This document shows, in pieces, positions 12,253 to 25,894 of a stretch of 64,000 nucleotides of DNA. Position 1 is the first letter of the stretch. Every line of letters starts with the position of its first letter. Origin of the DNA: Balamuthia mandrillaris (taxonomy: Eukaryota); NCBI GenBank assembly GCA_031835245.2, contig JAVKOQ020000039.1, positions 62,001 to 126,000 of the forward strand, given 5' to 3'. Both the position numbers and the translations under genes were made by a program. The notes under the pieces were generated by a model. That model was not told the DNA's origin and did not search any database. It saw only the letters and a list, made by a program, of their open reading frames with translations.

Positions 12253-13265
12253 GAAAAAAAAAAGAAAAATAAGTTACCCGCTGCCTTGTTTGCTTTGAAT
12301 AAAGTCGCTGTGATTTTTAAAGAAAAGTGTTCATTGAAGAGAGGACGAACAAATGAAATATGAGAACATGGAAATAAGAACGAAGCGAGAAGAGTTGAGG
12401 ATTGCAACGTACCTGCTTTGGAGTTGAATGTTGGATGCATTGGGGTATGTTACACCGCTAAAGAGGTGAGACAAGCCATAGTTCGTCCAGCTGTTGCCAT
12501 GAGCTCCAAATATATTTGACAAGCCCTTTATGTTTTTTTAAAATGATATATGAGAAGCAGCAACAAAAAGACGAAAGAGAAACGTGATCTTCCAAAAATA
12601 AAACCAGGAAAACAAAGAACGAGGACTCACCGTTTGCAAGGCCAAATTAGGTTCCTGTGGAGGAGAAAAGACAAGAGCGCATTTGCCGCTGTTGCTATCC
12701 AGCACAGATTCACAGGGCAGTGGCACGGCTTCTCGGTGCTTAAGCAGCTGGTAGTGAGCCAAACTGGCGACAGCTTGTTGAATGGAATTGGCATCCTGTG
12801 TGCCACCCAAAATTACGGCATTTCTTTCCACACTTATGAACGAAAAGTTGGAGCCCTTTAGCTGAAAACTTTCTGTATCAGGAGTGAGTTAGTAATAGTT
12901 TCATATAAGAAAGAGAGAGGGAAAGAAAGAGCGGAATAGAGGGACTAAGGTTACCAGGTTCCTTCAGTTTGAGGTTAGAAGCGATGAATACAACAATATC
13001 TTCGTCAAAGGCGAAGGGATTGCCGAGTTTGACGCGAGGGATGGTGTTGCGAAGCAGCCAGGCGGTTTCCGCACTGTCCGTGATAAACCGAACTTTTCGC
13101 TCAGCAACAGGACTGGAACCTATTGTTCCGTCGTGCATGAAAATGTGGCTGGCCGCAGACAGGTGACGACGAACCTGTCAACACAGAACAAAGGTTTTTT
13201 TATGAGCCAAGCAAGCTATTAACAAACGAAACAAACAACCACAACCAACAAAAACGATGACACAG

Positions 13266-13310
<45 letters not shown>

Positions 13311-13659
13311 GAAGGCGACTCGAATTCAAACCTCACGGAAAACTTTGGGGAAGTGTTGAAGCTGAAGCTTGGGAATGTGGTTTGGCACCGCAAGGTAGTC
13401 AGGAGGAACCTCTAAAACTGGTGGAGGACAGGCCTTCCTTCGCGCAGCAATAATCTCTTCTTTGGTTTCTGGCATCATGAAGCCTTGCATTGGCGCATTA
13501 GGAGGAGTCGGCACGCGCGCCTTTAACATCTCCGGAAGGCGAGAGAAGTCGGCGGACATATGGTGGCTAACGTTACCCTCTTCTACAGGGGCCACCAAGT
13601 TTTTGTCCTTGTCTGGAAGATAGAAAAAAAAAGCGAACAAGGTAAGAATAGAGAACGCA

Positions 13660-13691
<32 letters not shown>

Positions 13692-13915
13692 CGAGGAAGG
13701 CATGAAGAGAAGAAAGCGTACCAAAACGCATTTGCGAGAACATTTTGAGAGCCCTAAGGTGAAGGTTGCGGTAGGCAAGGTTGGTGGGAATGACATTGTA
13801 CCTCGTAAAAGTCCAGTTCAGCTGCTCAATGTCTCCCAAGCGATCATTGTCCAAATCAAAATAGTCGGGATCGAATGGTGGATCCGGTTGCTTGATTTAT
13901 TGTAAAGTTTGGAGT

Positions 13916-13948
<33 letters not shown>

Positions 13949-14352
13949 AGGGGGAAAAAAACAAAAGGATGGTATTGGGAGAAAAAGAATGAGACAAACA
14001 AAACAGAAAAATTAAAAAAAAATAGCGTACGTGTAAAGCGCGATCTCGCAGACGTCTGTGGTCAAAGAGAGGGCTTTGGTAGGTTGTGTTGTCGGCGGAG
14101 GAGGAAGAAGAGGATTGCGCAGAACCAGCAGCAGCAGAGACAGTTCCCTTGAAGCGCAGCGAAAGGCTTACACCACGCTGCAAAAAAAGAGAGAGAAGAA
14201 TTAAAAATCCGCTCATCAAAAAAGTAAAAGTAAAAATAATTCGGGTTTCAGAGTCGTACTTGACAAGAGGGTGCTAGCACCGGCCCAAACGCAGCCGAGC
14301 TGGGCAACCTACCGGGCAGGCCTGCACCACGGAACGACAGAACACCACGCAT
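11826..14352 (-). CDS. ATP-dependent PEP carboxykinase-fold protein, probably catalytically dead; putative mitochondrial presequence; ~9-10 exons
   Basis: HLSAASHIFMHDGTIGSSP..ERKVRFITDSA; VPLPC..SGKCALVFSP; IFGAHGNSWTNYGLSHLFSG; PHPSSIIFLT; last exon ITKEDA...PLPLKPETL. N-terminus MRGVLSFRGAGLPGRLPSSAA is Arg/Ser-rich with no acidic residues. Confidence 0.65.
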
Positions 14353-15137
14353 CTCTCTTTGCTACCGTCGGTTGCTTTCGTCTTCTCTCTTTCTCTTTTC
14401 TTCTCTCTTTTTTTTTTTCGTCGTCCCTCACAAAAAAAAAGTAGCGCAGTTTTTTTTGATTTGATTATGGACACACGAAGGGCCAATTTAGACTCTCCCA
14501 AAGAGCAGGAGTTAAAGCTTACGTCAGCAAACAGGTGTGTTTCCGTGGAAGGATATGACGTCAGCAGGTGCGGCGTTGAAACAGGGGGAGTGTGGCGTCA
14601 GCGCAAACAGCACTTGAAATTTTTGTTCAAGAGAGAACAAGAGGGAGAAAAGAAGAAGAAGAATGGTGTGCCCAAGCCTTGCCTTGTACCCATTCATCAA
14701 AAGAAGAAGAAGAAATGATTCTCCGGACAACAAACGGGTCGCGCTTTGCAGGGGGGTGAAACAAACATAGTTTAAAAAAAAAAAAGAGGAAGTGGTGACT
14801 TGCTCCTTTTTTTTTAACTAAACTATTGCTGTTGCATAAGCGGTTCTTACCGAACAAGCCACTTTGACTTGAAGGCCTTTTGGCTATGCAAAGAAAAACA
14901 AAAGGGAGAGAAGAATAGTAACAGACTCAAAAAAAAATGGTGTTACGTTACAGTTTTTTTCAACACGATAGGCATACATTCACCTTCACGAAACAAGCTT
15001 CACCAAGCGAAACGATGTCCTTTGTGAGCTGCTGCTTCTCTGCATTGGAAAAAAAAAAGGATTGTGAATGCAAAAGACAGCACAAGTGATACTTGCTTAT
15101 TCGCTTTGGTGTCGTGAGGGTTAAAAAAAGGGCGGTT

Positions 15138-15264
15138 TCAGGAAGAGTCTCCCAACAATAGCTTGGAGTCAGCGCTTGCCAGTTCCAAAACATGCTTCTC
15201 CAAGGCAATGAGGTGTGGGTCTGATACCCCCATTTCACGCATTGCTTTTGCTATTTTTTTGTGT

Positions 15265-15305
<41 letters not shown>

Positions 15306-15613
15306 AGGAAGCTAAGAGAGAGAAGAGGAGAGAAGCAAGCTACCTAAATTCAATAAATATTCTACATTCTTGCCACTCGGTCCTGTTCGAGCATAGCAAT
15401 ATTACAAAGAGGATGAAAAGTGAGAGATGAGAGAGAGAAAAGAGACAAAGAGAGATTTGGAGCCAGGCCAAAACAAACCTACAGAACGGTGGATCTGTTC
15501 TGCCATCTCTCTTAGCGGCGACGGACCCAAAAACTCTGGATTGTCTCTTGTTGCTCGATAGAGTAACACCTTTTAAAAAAGTAAACGAGCAGCTGAGTTA
15601 ACAAAAACGGAGG

Positions 15614-15650
<37 letters not shown>

Positions 15651-16330
15651 TAAAGAAGCAATGTCACTCACTCCGGTGATGGCAGGAGAGTCGCCGCTCT
15701 CAATAGTGTAAACGTCTACAAGTTCTCTAGAGTAGCCGCCTTTTTCTCGAACGTCCAAGTACGACAACACCTCCTCTTTCTTCTCTTCGCTGACGTAGAA
15801 CGCCACACCCCACGTCACCGGCTAAGTATCAAATAGGTCATTCAACATCACAGAGAAAGCATACAAGTAGACGAGAGAGAGAAAGTAGTGAAGAGGAGAA
15901 CGAGATAAGAACGAGTCAAACCTCAGGGGGTGTGCCTTCCTCGATGACGGCCTCTTCCTCATCCGGGAGACCCTCCCACTCGTGCATTGGCACCAACGTG
16001 ACCACTCGCCCCGGTGCTCCCTTTTCATTGTAGCACGCATTCCCATGCATGAGCACCAAAACGCAAAGGCAGAAAGCAAAAACGAAGAGAGAGGAGGTGG
16101 CAACAAACCGGAACGCCCCTGTGGTCAGTGCTTCCTTGCCAGAACCGTCGTTTGTAGCCTTTCACGTAGCCATTAATCCTGCCAAGCAAGCAAGCAACAA
16201 CAACAAAAAAAAAGATTAGCGAAAGCTGAACCCAAGCCGTTCCGTATCACGATTGCGTGGCTCATACAAACTTCTTTTCAAAGGGAAAGCTGGGCCTCCA
16301 AGCCAACGAGCCATACCCAAACACCCACAT
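15138..16330 (-). CDS. CHAC: ChaC glutathione-specific gamma-glutamylcyclotransferase (7 exons)
   Basis: [59 protein letters not shown]. Confidence 0.93.
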
Positions 16331-16611
16331 TCCTCCTCCTCTTCCTTCTTGTCTTGTTGCAGCGATTTAAATAGTGTCGACGATCACACGAGATTTTTGA
16401 ATTTTGGTTGGCCAATCTCAATGTAACAACCCCTCAAGTAATCTCCACCCATTCCTCTGGTGGCAAACAGCGAATAACGTAGCGGCACGCACTCGGTTGG
16501 TGGAGCGCTACAAGAGGGAGCAAACTATAAGTAGCATCAGGCTTTGCACAGACCCCAATCCACCCCCACCCCCACCCCAATCCACCCCAATCCACCCCAA
16601 CGTTCATAAGG

Positions 16612-18495
16612 ATGGAGCAACAGCATAAGAGAGGAAGAGAGGAGAGCGGAGAGCAGCTGGCGGAGGAGGCCAGGCAGACCCATTCGGTGCAGCACAGACG
16701 GCGCGAGCGGGAGCTGCCCTTGCCCGAGCTGCTGATGCTGCTCAACACCAACGACGAGGGCGCGCTCATGGACGTGTGTTCCAAGATCCGGGAGCGCTTC
16801 GCCGGTGAAGCTGGGCTGCAACAACTCATGTCTGAAACGGTTCCGCAGCCCCTCCACCGCTTTAGCAAGCTTTCACCGCCTTGCCTCACTCGCTCACTGA
16901 ACCCCTTTGTTTGATGACGCAACAGGTTCTTCCATTCCTCACTGAAGGGCTGAAGCATCCAGCCGCCAGGGTGAGAGAGCTCACCCTCACACAGCTCGAG
17001 CGCCTGGCCGAGCATCCACAACAAGGCCAGCCTCTGCTGGTGTCGGCCGGGTTCGTGCCTCTCCTCATCGCCGCGCTGAAGGACCAAAGCTTGGGGGTGG
17101 TAGAAGCTGCCACCAAAGCCTTGCTCTCGCTCCAGCAACACCAACCACAAGGGCAGGAGTTGGTCTTTAGTGACCCCAACTTGAGCCTCTTCAGTGACAT
17201 GCTGCAGGAGAGCGACATACTGAGGTTCAGAGTGTTGGACTTGGTGGGGAGGAGCTCCATCCTCTCCCCGCAGACCTTTCAGAGGGTTCAGCACTTCTTT
17301 TCGCCCGTGTTGGAGGAGCTGCGTGGCGTGGAGGAGGACACTGACATGTTGGAGAAACTCAACATTCTTCCCCTTTTGGAAAAGGTTTGCTGCATTTGGT
17401 TTCTTGGTTGGTGTTGTTTTGCTAATGCTCACAATGCACAGATCATGGAGAGCGAAACGGGACTACGCTACTTGGATGCAGCTGGCGCCTTTCAAATCTT
17501 GCACTCTTTGTTGACAAACGAGAGTCCATATGCCTCTGTGTTAACGCCGAGCATTCTTAATCTCATCGCCAAAATCGCACAAAAGGTTCATTTCTTTTGT
17601 TTCGTTCATTCTTTGCTGCTTGCTTATGATTTCTTGCTTGCTGGTGATGAAACACTCAAGGGTGATGCTTCATATGATTTAGTCTTCAAAGTTCCCTTCT
17701 GGGAACCTATCCACCAACATCTATCTGGAGAAGATGAAACCTGTGCTGTACGCTATTGCCTCCTCTTTATCTTTTGCCGTTACGCACTTCCCTTTCTCCG
17801 TCTCTTACTCTCTCTGCACAGGAAGCAGCAACAGTGGCCGTTGGCCTTATCGCACGAACAAGGGCTGGCATGTCTGCCCTGATGGGTGCCCAAAGTGCCA
17901 CATGGAGAGAACTCGTCAGCCACTTCCGATCTCTTCGCAAGCCTCTGTGTTACAGCAGCTTATACGCCTTTGGTGAAGCCATGAAGTACGTTTCTTGTCT
18001 CATGATGTTCAACATGACATCAACAAATTAACGCTTGGCTGCTTCCTCCATAGTTGTCCTGATGAAGAGTTGACAGAACAAGCATTCGATCTGGCCGAAT
18101 CCGAGTCGGGCGACTCCCTCATGCGTCAGTTCATGAAGTTCCTCGAGCAACCTTTTCCCGACCTTCGCAACGCCGTCTTTGCCGCCCTTCAAGGAGCCTG
18201 CACCAACCTCTGGGCTCTCTCCACCAAGCTCTTCCTCCGGCCGGGCTTCTTTGAGTTCATCACCAACCGCTCCACGGAAACCACCAAGGAGGGCAAGGAG
18301 TGGAAGTACGCCATCCTGCAGACGCTTTACAAGCTCTCCACCGCGCAGAATAAAGCGGGCCGTCCGCCCTCCAAGGAGCTGTTGAGAGAAGCCGTCGGGA
18401 GCGAGAAGTATGAGGTGGTGGAGAGGTACTTGCGGAACGGAGTGTTTTATGTGCGTGGAGAGCATCAGCTGGAAATGGAGACGAGAGGAGCGTAA
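16612..18495 (+). CDS. PSMD5: 26S proteasome assembly chaperone S5b / Hsm3 (ARM/HEAT repeats)
   Basis: C-terminal QPFPDLRNAVF...PGFFEFITNRSTETTKEGKEWKY...YLRNGVFYV; helical repeats such as SDILRFRVLDL. Confidence 0.85.
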
Positions 18496-18630
18496 AGCCG
18501 AGAAGGTGCACCTTTACCTATGTTTTTATGAATTGTAGATTTTTTATAAACGATTATGAAAGCCCATTTAAGAGACTCGTTATAGAAGGAACTCCTGTAT
18601 AACGACAGCACAAAAGGAAGAAGAAACGGC

Positions 18631-19801
18631 ATGGGTAACGCTGCGGGACGCACAACGCAGGCGAAGAAGACAAGCGATAAGGAGGACGGCGGGGGGCATG
18701 CCTCGGCGAAACAAGCGCAGAGCGCACCCAAGGGCTGGCCAAGCCGAGTCCAACGAGGAGCGAGGGACAATAAGGTTCTGCGACGTGTTGGGGAAGCCGT
18801 GCAGCAAGTACCGTTGGAGCTTTGGGTTATCATCTTCGAGAACCTCTTTTCCTCTTTTCAGCACGATCTTGATGCCCTTTCAGGTTTTCTTGTAGTCTTG
18901 TTCTTGTTCTTGTTCTTCTTCTCCTTCTTGTTCTTCTTCTTCTTCTTCTTCTTCTTCTTCTTCTTCTTCTTCCCCCCCCCCCCCCCCCCCTTCTTCTTAC
19001 TCCATTAGTGACCTCTTCTTCAACGAAGACCTGCAAAACTGCATCAGAGTGTGCTCGGCGTGGCATGAAGGAGTACTCATGGGTGGTGGCTCCCGCATCC
19101 TCCGCAAAGCAAGGCACCAAAAGGAGGAAGCCGAGCTGTGGCAACACCTCGAACAACAGGTCCAGCCTCGCTCCACGACGCTTCTCCTTCCGAGGCACGC
19201 CTGGGAGGACGAAGGGTATGCCAGGAGAAGGCTTTACGTCTGGATGCGTATGACTGAAGCTCATAATCCTACGCAGAGCGGTTCTCGCTTTTCTTCTCAG
19301 AGCCAGAAGCAACAGGAGTCCGTGCCTGTTCGAAAGAAAGAAGACAAAGATGGTGAAGAGGCAGCGAAAGAATCGGAAGCTCTTCATCCCTTTGAGGATG
19401 ACCCAGAAGTGAAGCGAAAGAGGCTGTTGCGGTGGTATGGATTGACGGACACGAAAGAGGAGGGTAACGGGAAGGAGGAGGAGGGGGAGGAAGAAGGTGG
19501 CCCCGTGTTGTCGGTGTTATTGGCAGGCTTACCTGCTTCTGGCAAGAGTTCGGTTTTGTATTACCTCAAGCACGGGCAACCGGCTCCTCAACCTCCTGAT
19601 GATGGCGGTACCTGCTCCTCGGTTCCTGCTTCTTGTTCTACTTCTTGGCTCACATGCTTTGTATCCCTTCTAACAAACAGGAACGACCCATGTAGAAGAA
19701 GCAGTGCTGGGAGATCACCACCGAATGCTCTTCCTGGAATCTCGTGGGGTTTGTATTACTTTCTCCCTTGCTTAATGTCTTGATACTCAAGCTCCTATCT
19801 T

Positions 19802-19846
<45 letters not shown>

Positions 19847-20588
19847 CTGATGCATTCTCTCTCTTCACTTCCCTCCTGCAAAATCGCCTGTGGGTCCAAC
19901 AGTCCAGCTACGGATTCCCCTTCAACTCGGAGGTACTCTCTTTGCTCTACGTGGTAGATCTCACCAGACCAAAGCACCTGACCGAGAAGCAAATGGCAGC
20001 GCGGAAGACTGAGCTGGAACACCTCCAGGATTTGCTGAAGCAACAAGAGAGCAACCAACAGGCAAAGAGCAAGAAAGCCAAGCACAAGCAACTCGCGAAC
20101 GCTTTCCTTGACGACTGGGAAGGTGAAAGCACGCCGAAATGGGGTCCGGAGAACAAGTTCTTTCCTTGTTGGTCAGGCCACCCCTCCTACTCTTTGGCGG
20201 AGGAGTCGCGTCTTCGCCACGAGCTGTACTATGACTTTCACAGTGTTTGTGGACATGGCAACCAGAAAAGGATCCGAGTTGCTGTTCTATGCAACAAAGT
20301 GGACCTTCTCACGGTTTGTGCTCTCTTTCTGTTATTATGTGCTGTTTCCTTTGTTGGCCGAGTGTTGTTGGTTGTTCGTTGTCTCATGCTCCCGTGGACG
20401 GATAGGAGGAGGAAGCTAAGGCCGCAATGAGCGACATCGAACAGCACCTTCGTCTGGACGCGCTTTGGACGTGCTCCTGGTACACTCTTTGCGTGGCCCG
20501 CACCTTTGCCGTCAGCGCCAAGACCGGCCACGGCCTCGACCACGCCATCCGGTGGCTAGTAGGCGAGTCCAAAGCATCCAGATCGTGA
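18631..20588 (+). CDS. N-myristoylation-type F-box + Arf-like (degenerate) GTPase fusion
   Basis: MGNAAG start. F-box QVPLELWVIIFENL...DLQNCIRVCSAWH. G1 VLLAGLPASGKSSVLYYLK; LLYVVDL; G4 VAVLCNKVDL; G5 FAVSAKTGHGLDHAIRWL. Confidence 0.75.
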
Positions 20589-20832
20589 ACCCTATTTGAA
20601 TTTTGATTGGTGGTTTGAAAATTAATATTAATATCATCTTTAGATCACAGTAAAAATCATCCAATGAACATTCAAAATTATTTTCGTGACGACACGAATT
20701 CGAGCACAACAAGAACGAAGGGACGCAGAAGATTTCTTCAAAGCGCTCGCTCTCATCCCTTCTTGCGGACTGTCTTCCACCAGATAGCTGTGTGTGAAAC
20801 AACAGCAAGAACAAGCTTCAATTGAAAAAAAA

Positions 20833-23033
20833 ATGTTCACCACATTTTTGTCTTTGTTGGGCATTTGCGCCCTATTGCAGTTTTATCTCAGGCAATTTTT
20901 GCGTGACCAGCAGAAACAAACAACAACAAGCCCGAGCGGGAACAGTGCAGAAGAGGAGGAGGAGAACGGGGAACGTGAGAACAAGACAAAGGCGGATGAT
21001 GACCCTGAAAGACTTGTCCGTTTCGCTGCGTTTCAACGAAACTACCTCATTGTATATTACACTGTTATGTGTTCGTATTTTTTTTCCTTCTTCCTCTTCG
21101 TTGTTCTCCTTCTTGTTCTTCTTCTTCTCCTTCTTATTCTCCTCGAACCTTTTCTTCCCCTTCTCCTTCTCCTCCTCCTCCTCCTTCTTTAACTTCTTCT
21201 CTTTGTGCCTCTTCTTTTTCTTCTTCTTGTGTCCGCGTTAAACAAAGGTGCCGATTGGCTGCAAGGACCTTATGTGTATGCCCTCTATGCTGAGTACGGC
21301 TTTAACAAGGAGGACATTGCGCTGCTCTTCATTGCCGGCTTTACATCAAGCATGCTCTTCGGCACGTTCGTTGGCTCCATCGCTGACAAATAGTACGTGA
21401 CTTCAGGGATTAATTTGTTTCATTCTTCTCTTTGGAGTTCATCCCTCTTTTCGTTTCTTTCTGTATTGTCTAGCCTTTCTTTCTTGCACATAGAACTCAC
21501 TTTGACATAGTGGACGTAAACGAATGTGCATGCTCTTTGGAGTACTATATTCAATTGCGTGCATAACCAAACTCTACAATGACTTTAACATCTTGCTGTT
21601 GGGCCGCTTGTTGAGCGGTATTGCCACATCCTTGTTGTACTCTGCTTTCGAGTCGTGGATGGTCAGCGAGCATACTCAAGTACCATTTGCTTTCTTGTGT
21701 TTGTTCTTTCATTCTCTTCTTCCTTTCTCGTTCATTTTCTTTCTCCATCTCTTCCTCTTTGAGAGACTAACATACAAAAACCAACTGGTGCAAAACAGAG
21801 AGGTTACTCTCATTCTCAACTTAGTGGCACGTTTTCGCTGGCTACGCTTGGAAATGGCGTTGTCGCCATCGTGGCTGGTTTGATAGCCTCATTCGTGGCG
21901 AATCATTACGGTTATGCCGCTCCTTTTATGGTGTCATTGGGTTTTCTCGTCATGGCTACCATTATAGTGTCCGTCTCATGGACTGAAAACTTTGGTGATG
22001 CCAATGCAACCCTTGACCTTACCTTTACCAATGGACTCAAAGCTTTGAAGCAAGGTACACCTACTACAACAACTTTCATTCCCTCCCCTCTTTTACTTAA
22101 ACAAACAACAGACAGAAAGATCTTATTATTGGGTTGCGTTCAGTCTCTGTTTGAAGCATCCATGTATACTTTTGTGTTTATGTGGACTCCTTCCTTGGAG
22201 GAAGCCAGCAGTCCTGGCGCTGAGCCTATCGACTATGGAATTGTGTTTGCATGCTACATGGTTTCCTTACCCTCTTTCTTCTGTTTGCACCCCATCAGGA
22301 TATGTCGTGTATGACTGCTGTGATATAGGTTTGCATTATGATTGGAAGTTCCTTGTTCTCCATTGTATTGAAGCAGGGCTACTCCTTGGAAAAAGTAGGC
22401 AGCGTCCTACTGCTTCTTGGCCTAGGTTCCTTTTTGGTTCCGGTCTTCTTCAAGGTTTCCATTTCCTCTTCACCATTCTCCCTCGTCTTTTCTTCATGTT
22501 CGTCTTCTAGCTTCTCTATGTTTCCGCCCCTTACTTAAGACGCTCTACCCTTTGACGTGATCAATACAACACAACAGGAAGAACAACATTTAGTCCTGTA
22601 CTCCTTTTTCGTGTTTGAGGTCTGTTGCGGGTTGTACTTTCCGTGTTTCGGAACCTTGAGAGGAATATATATTCCGGAGGCGACTCGTGCCACCCTCATG
22701 AACCTGTTTAGGGTGCCGCTGAACTTTTTGGTGGTCGTCATTTTGACCAACGTACGTTATTGCTCTCTGGGACTTTGGATTATTTCTTTTCTTCCGTTTG
22801 AAACTGATGAACAAAACAAAACAAACGATCAGAGCGAAAAGTTAGCCAACAGCACTGTGTTTTGCGTCTGCGTACTGTGGATGGGCGTCGCTTTTATTTG
22901 TTACACCACCTTTGTGGCCAATGCCAAGACCGCACAGGCGCGGCAGCAGGGGTCAACAACGCCCCCAGAAGACGCCACAGAGCGAGAGAGCCCGGTAGCA
23001 GGACCGATGGGCAAAGATTCACTTGATGGATGA
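20833..23033 (+). CDS. MFSD5: MFS molybdate-anion transporter (MOT2/DUF791 family)
   Basis: FQRNYLIVY; ADWLQGPYVYALY; FVGSIADKYGRKRMC; LLYSAFESWMVSEH; SLFEASMYTFVFMWTP; RATLMNLFRVPLN. Confidence 0.93.
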
Positions 23034-23658
23034 CGTTATCTCGTCACAAAACAAACTGTTGAATTTTCATGTCGCCTGTCTTTTCAAATTGCAGATCACG
23101 CTTCCGCAAACAGGCCTTGTTTGGAAACTATTCTTTGGATCGTATCAAAATGGCCTTTTTGTCGATTTTCCGAAAAACCTTTTATGAACATAATCATCCG
23201 TTTGAACCGGTGTAGTGTTCCCACTTGGGACCTTATTTGGGCTGCGTAGGAGGACAAGATGTAGGAGACCACACGTGCTGACCGAAAAATCGCCTGCGGA
23301 GCGACCCGGCCAAAATCTTTGTCCAACGGTGCTACCCCTTGGCTGGCCAGACAGCCGCCTGCCCCCTCCCGCACTCCCCGGTTTCGCGTCGACGCCGCTA
23401 CCGCATCGTAAATTGGTCTTTGTGGTGCGCTCTGCTACAAGGGAGGGCTGGATCACATGCGAAAAGTAGCGGCACGCGCTGTGGTTATTTTTGTGAAGTT
23501 GTTTTTTTGGTTTGTTCGTTTTTTTTTTTTTCGAAGTTAACTCCACCACCCAACAATACCTCACGTTTACCTCTACTATTCCTCCACAAAGACTTTTTTT
23601 TTTATCGTTGCTCTCCGACGAAGGAACAAAACTGAACCCAAAAAAAAAGTTTTAAAAA

Positions 23659-25894
23659 ATGGATGCTGTGACCGTTTCTCTACCTTCGATAGCCACCAGC
23701 TGTTCGCCTTTTGCCTTCCCTACCAGTTTCTTTCAAGGTGGAGGAGGAGGAGGAGGAAAAGGGGAGGCTGGCTCTCCCTCTTCTTCCTTGGGCCAATTCT
23801 TTCTTCCATGGCCCGCTCCTTCTCCGCTTGGAGGGGTTGGGACGCCTTTTTTGGCTCCTCCACAGCTCCCTCCGCCCTCTGCTCTAGCTCCTCCAACTCT
23901 TCCATCCCCATCTGCCCTTTCTCGCCCCTTTCTACCGCCACCGCCCTTCCTTCCTCTGTCCCCTGCATCTTTTTCCTTGTCCTCACCCCCGTCGTCTGCT
24001 ATCCCCTCTTTTTCTCCTGCTTCGTCATCATCGGCACCCTCCCTTCTTCCTTCTCCATTCCCCGTGCTCTGCATGCCTCCTCCGCTTCCTCCTCCTCAGC
24101 TCCCTCCGCTCGCTCCTCCGCTTCCTTCTTCTCTTCAACCTCATCACAATCCTGCACCGGCAGCACCGAGAGTGAACGATGGTGACAACTTGATGATGAT
24201 GATGATGCCACAACTCACTCAGCAGCTGCTGTGGCGCTTGGCGGCCTCCTCCTCGGCAGGCAAGTCGCAGACGGCCTTCGACGCGGCTTGCTTGGACATC
24301 TTTGCCGTTGCGCAGACCCTTCACTCCACCTACGACACCCGAAACGTGCTCGCTTTGGTTTGCTTCTCTCCCTTCTTCATCTTTTTTGTTATGCTCTGCT
24401 CATCTCTTGGGTACCGTTTTTTGCCTGTGGTATATAACACAGTTGTGGGAGACGCTGAAAAAGTACAACTGCGAGGAGGTGTTCCAGGGCCTGGTTCAGC
24501 TGATGAGACAGAGCGGGGTGGAGGGGGAGTACCTACTGGAAAACGGGCTGAGCGAGGGCACCCTCCTCGCCTCTCAACAACAACAACAACGGTACAAAAC
24601 GGAGAATCGCTTTAATCAGCATCATCTCCCTCATCACGTGACACAACCTCACCCTCCTCCTCATCTTCTTCAACAAAGACAACAACTGATGAAACAGGAA
24701 CAATCATCTTCTTCATCTTCTTCGCTGCGAAAGAGAAAAGAGTTGGCTGGTCATCTACAATCATCATCTTCTTCCACGAACGGCTCCTCTTCTTCTGGTA
24801 CCGCCACGAAAAAAACAAAGAGTGGCCATAGAGCTCGGAGTTCCCCCGACAAGTGGACCGCTGTACGCACTCATCTCATCGTTTTCACTTTTTTTTTTAA
24901 AAAAAAAACTGCGACTCACTTCTGTTTCAACAAACCACGCCAGGAGGAAGACGCCAAGTTAATAGCACTGGTTGGTAAATATGGGACTGAAAATCGGCGG
25001 TGGAAAGAAGTTGCTCGCGAGCTCGGCACCACAAAGACTGGGGCCAGTTGCGGTTCGTTCTATTCTCTTTTTTTTTTAAAGTTTACCCCTTATGCTAACG
25101 GATCTCTTCCTCCCTTCTTCCATTCCTCACACACACACTCTCTCTCTTCTCTCTCATGCTCAGCTCAACATTGGCGGCGAGTTTTGGCTCCAAGTATTGA
25201 CAAGTCCACTTGGACTGAGCGTAAGTGGCCAATTTTATGTTGTCTTTGGTGTCCCCCACATACTTATTGGTGCAACCTTTGGGTTTTTTTTTTCTGCAGA
25301 GGAGGAAACAATATTGTTGAACTACGTGAAGCTTTTAGGCAAGTCCAGTTGGTCTGAGATATCCAATCACCTTCCTGGCCGTACTGGTATGGCCTCTTTA
25401 TGCTTTGCGTTCTCCTCTTGTTCTCTACTTTCTGTTATGTGCTGATGGCATTTCTATTTTCTATTGGTTGTGTCTTGTGCTTCTTGTTCCGCTTCTTCCC
25501 CCTCCTTTCAAACCCAACAAAAAGATATTCAGTGCCGGTACCACTACATCCGGCAAAAGAACTCTCGGAAAGTGCCATGGAGCGATAAGGAAGACCGGCT
25601 TTTGTCCCTCCTGGTAGAAGAGGCGAACAAGCAGCATAGCGGAACCCCCTGTTGGGTGGAGATCGCTGAGCGCATGGCTGCCGAGAAGCTGCGCAGCGTT
25701 CTTCGGACGCCACGCACCGCCCTTGAATGCAAAGAACGGTAAAGTTCAAACACCTTTTTCTCCCCCTCTTCTCTTTGTTGTTCTTCTCACACAGAGAGCG
25801 TTTTCTTTGCACTTGTTTCCTGAAACAAAGGTGGGAAGAAGAACTATCGCAATCGCCTTATCATGAGGGTGTCAACCAGCAAGGCGAAGAATGA
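23659..25894 (+). CDS. Myb transcription factor with three Myb repeats and a Pro/Ser-rich N-terminus
   Basis: R1 KWT.EEDAKLIALVGKYG..RRWKEVA..CAQHW. R2 KSTWTE.EETILL..VK..G.SSWSEIS.HLPGRTDIQCRYHY. R3 KVPWSDKEDRLL..WVEIA..RTALECKERW. Confidence 0.85.
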
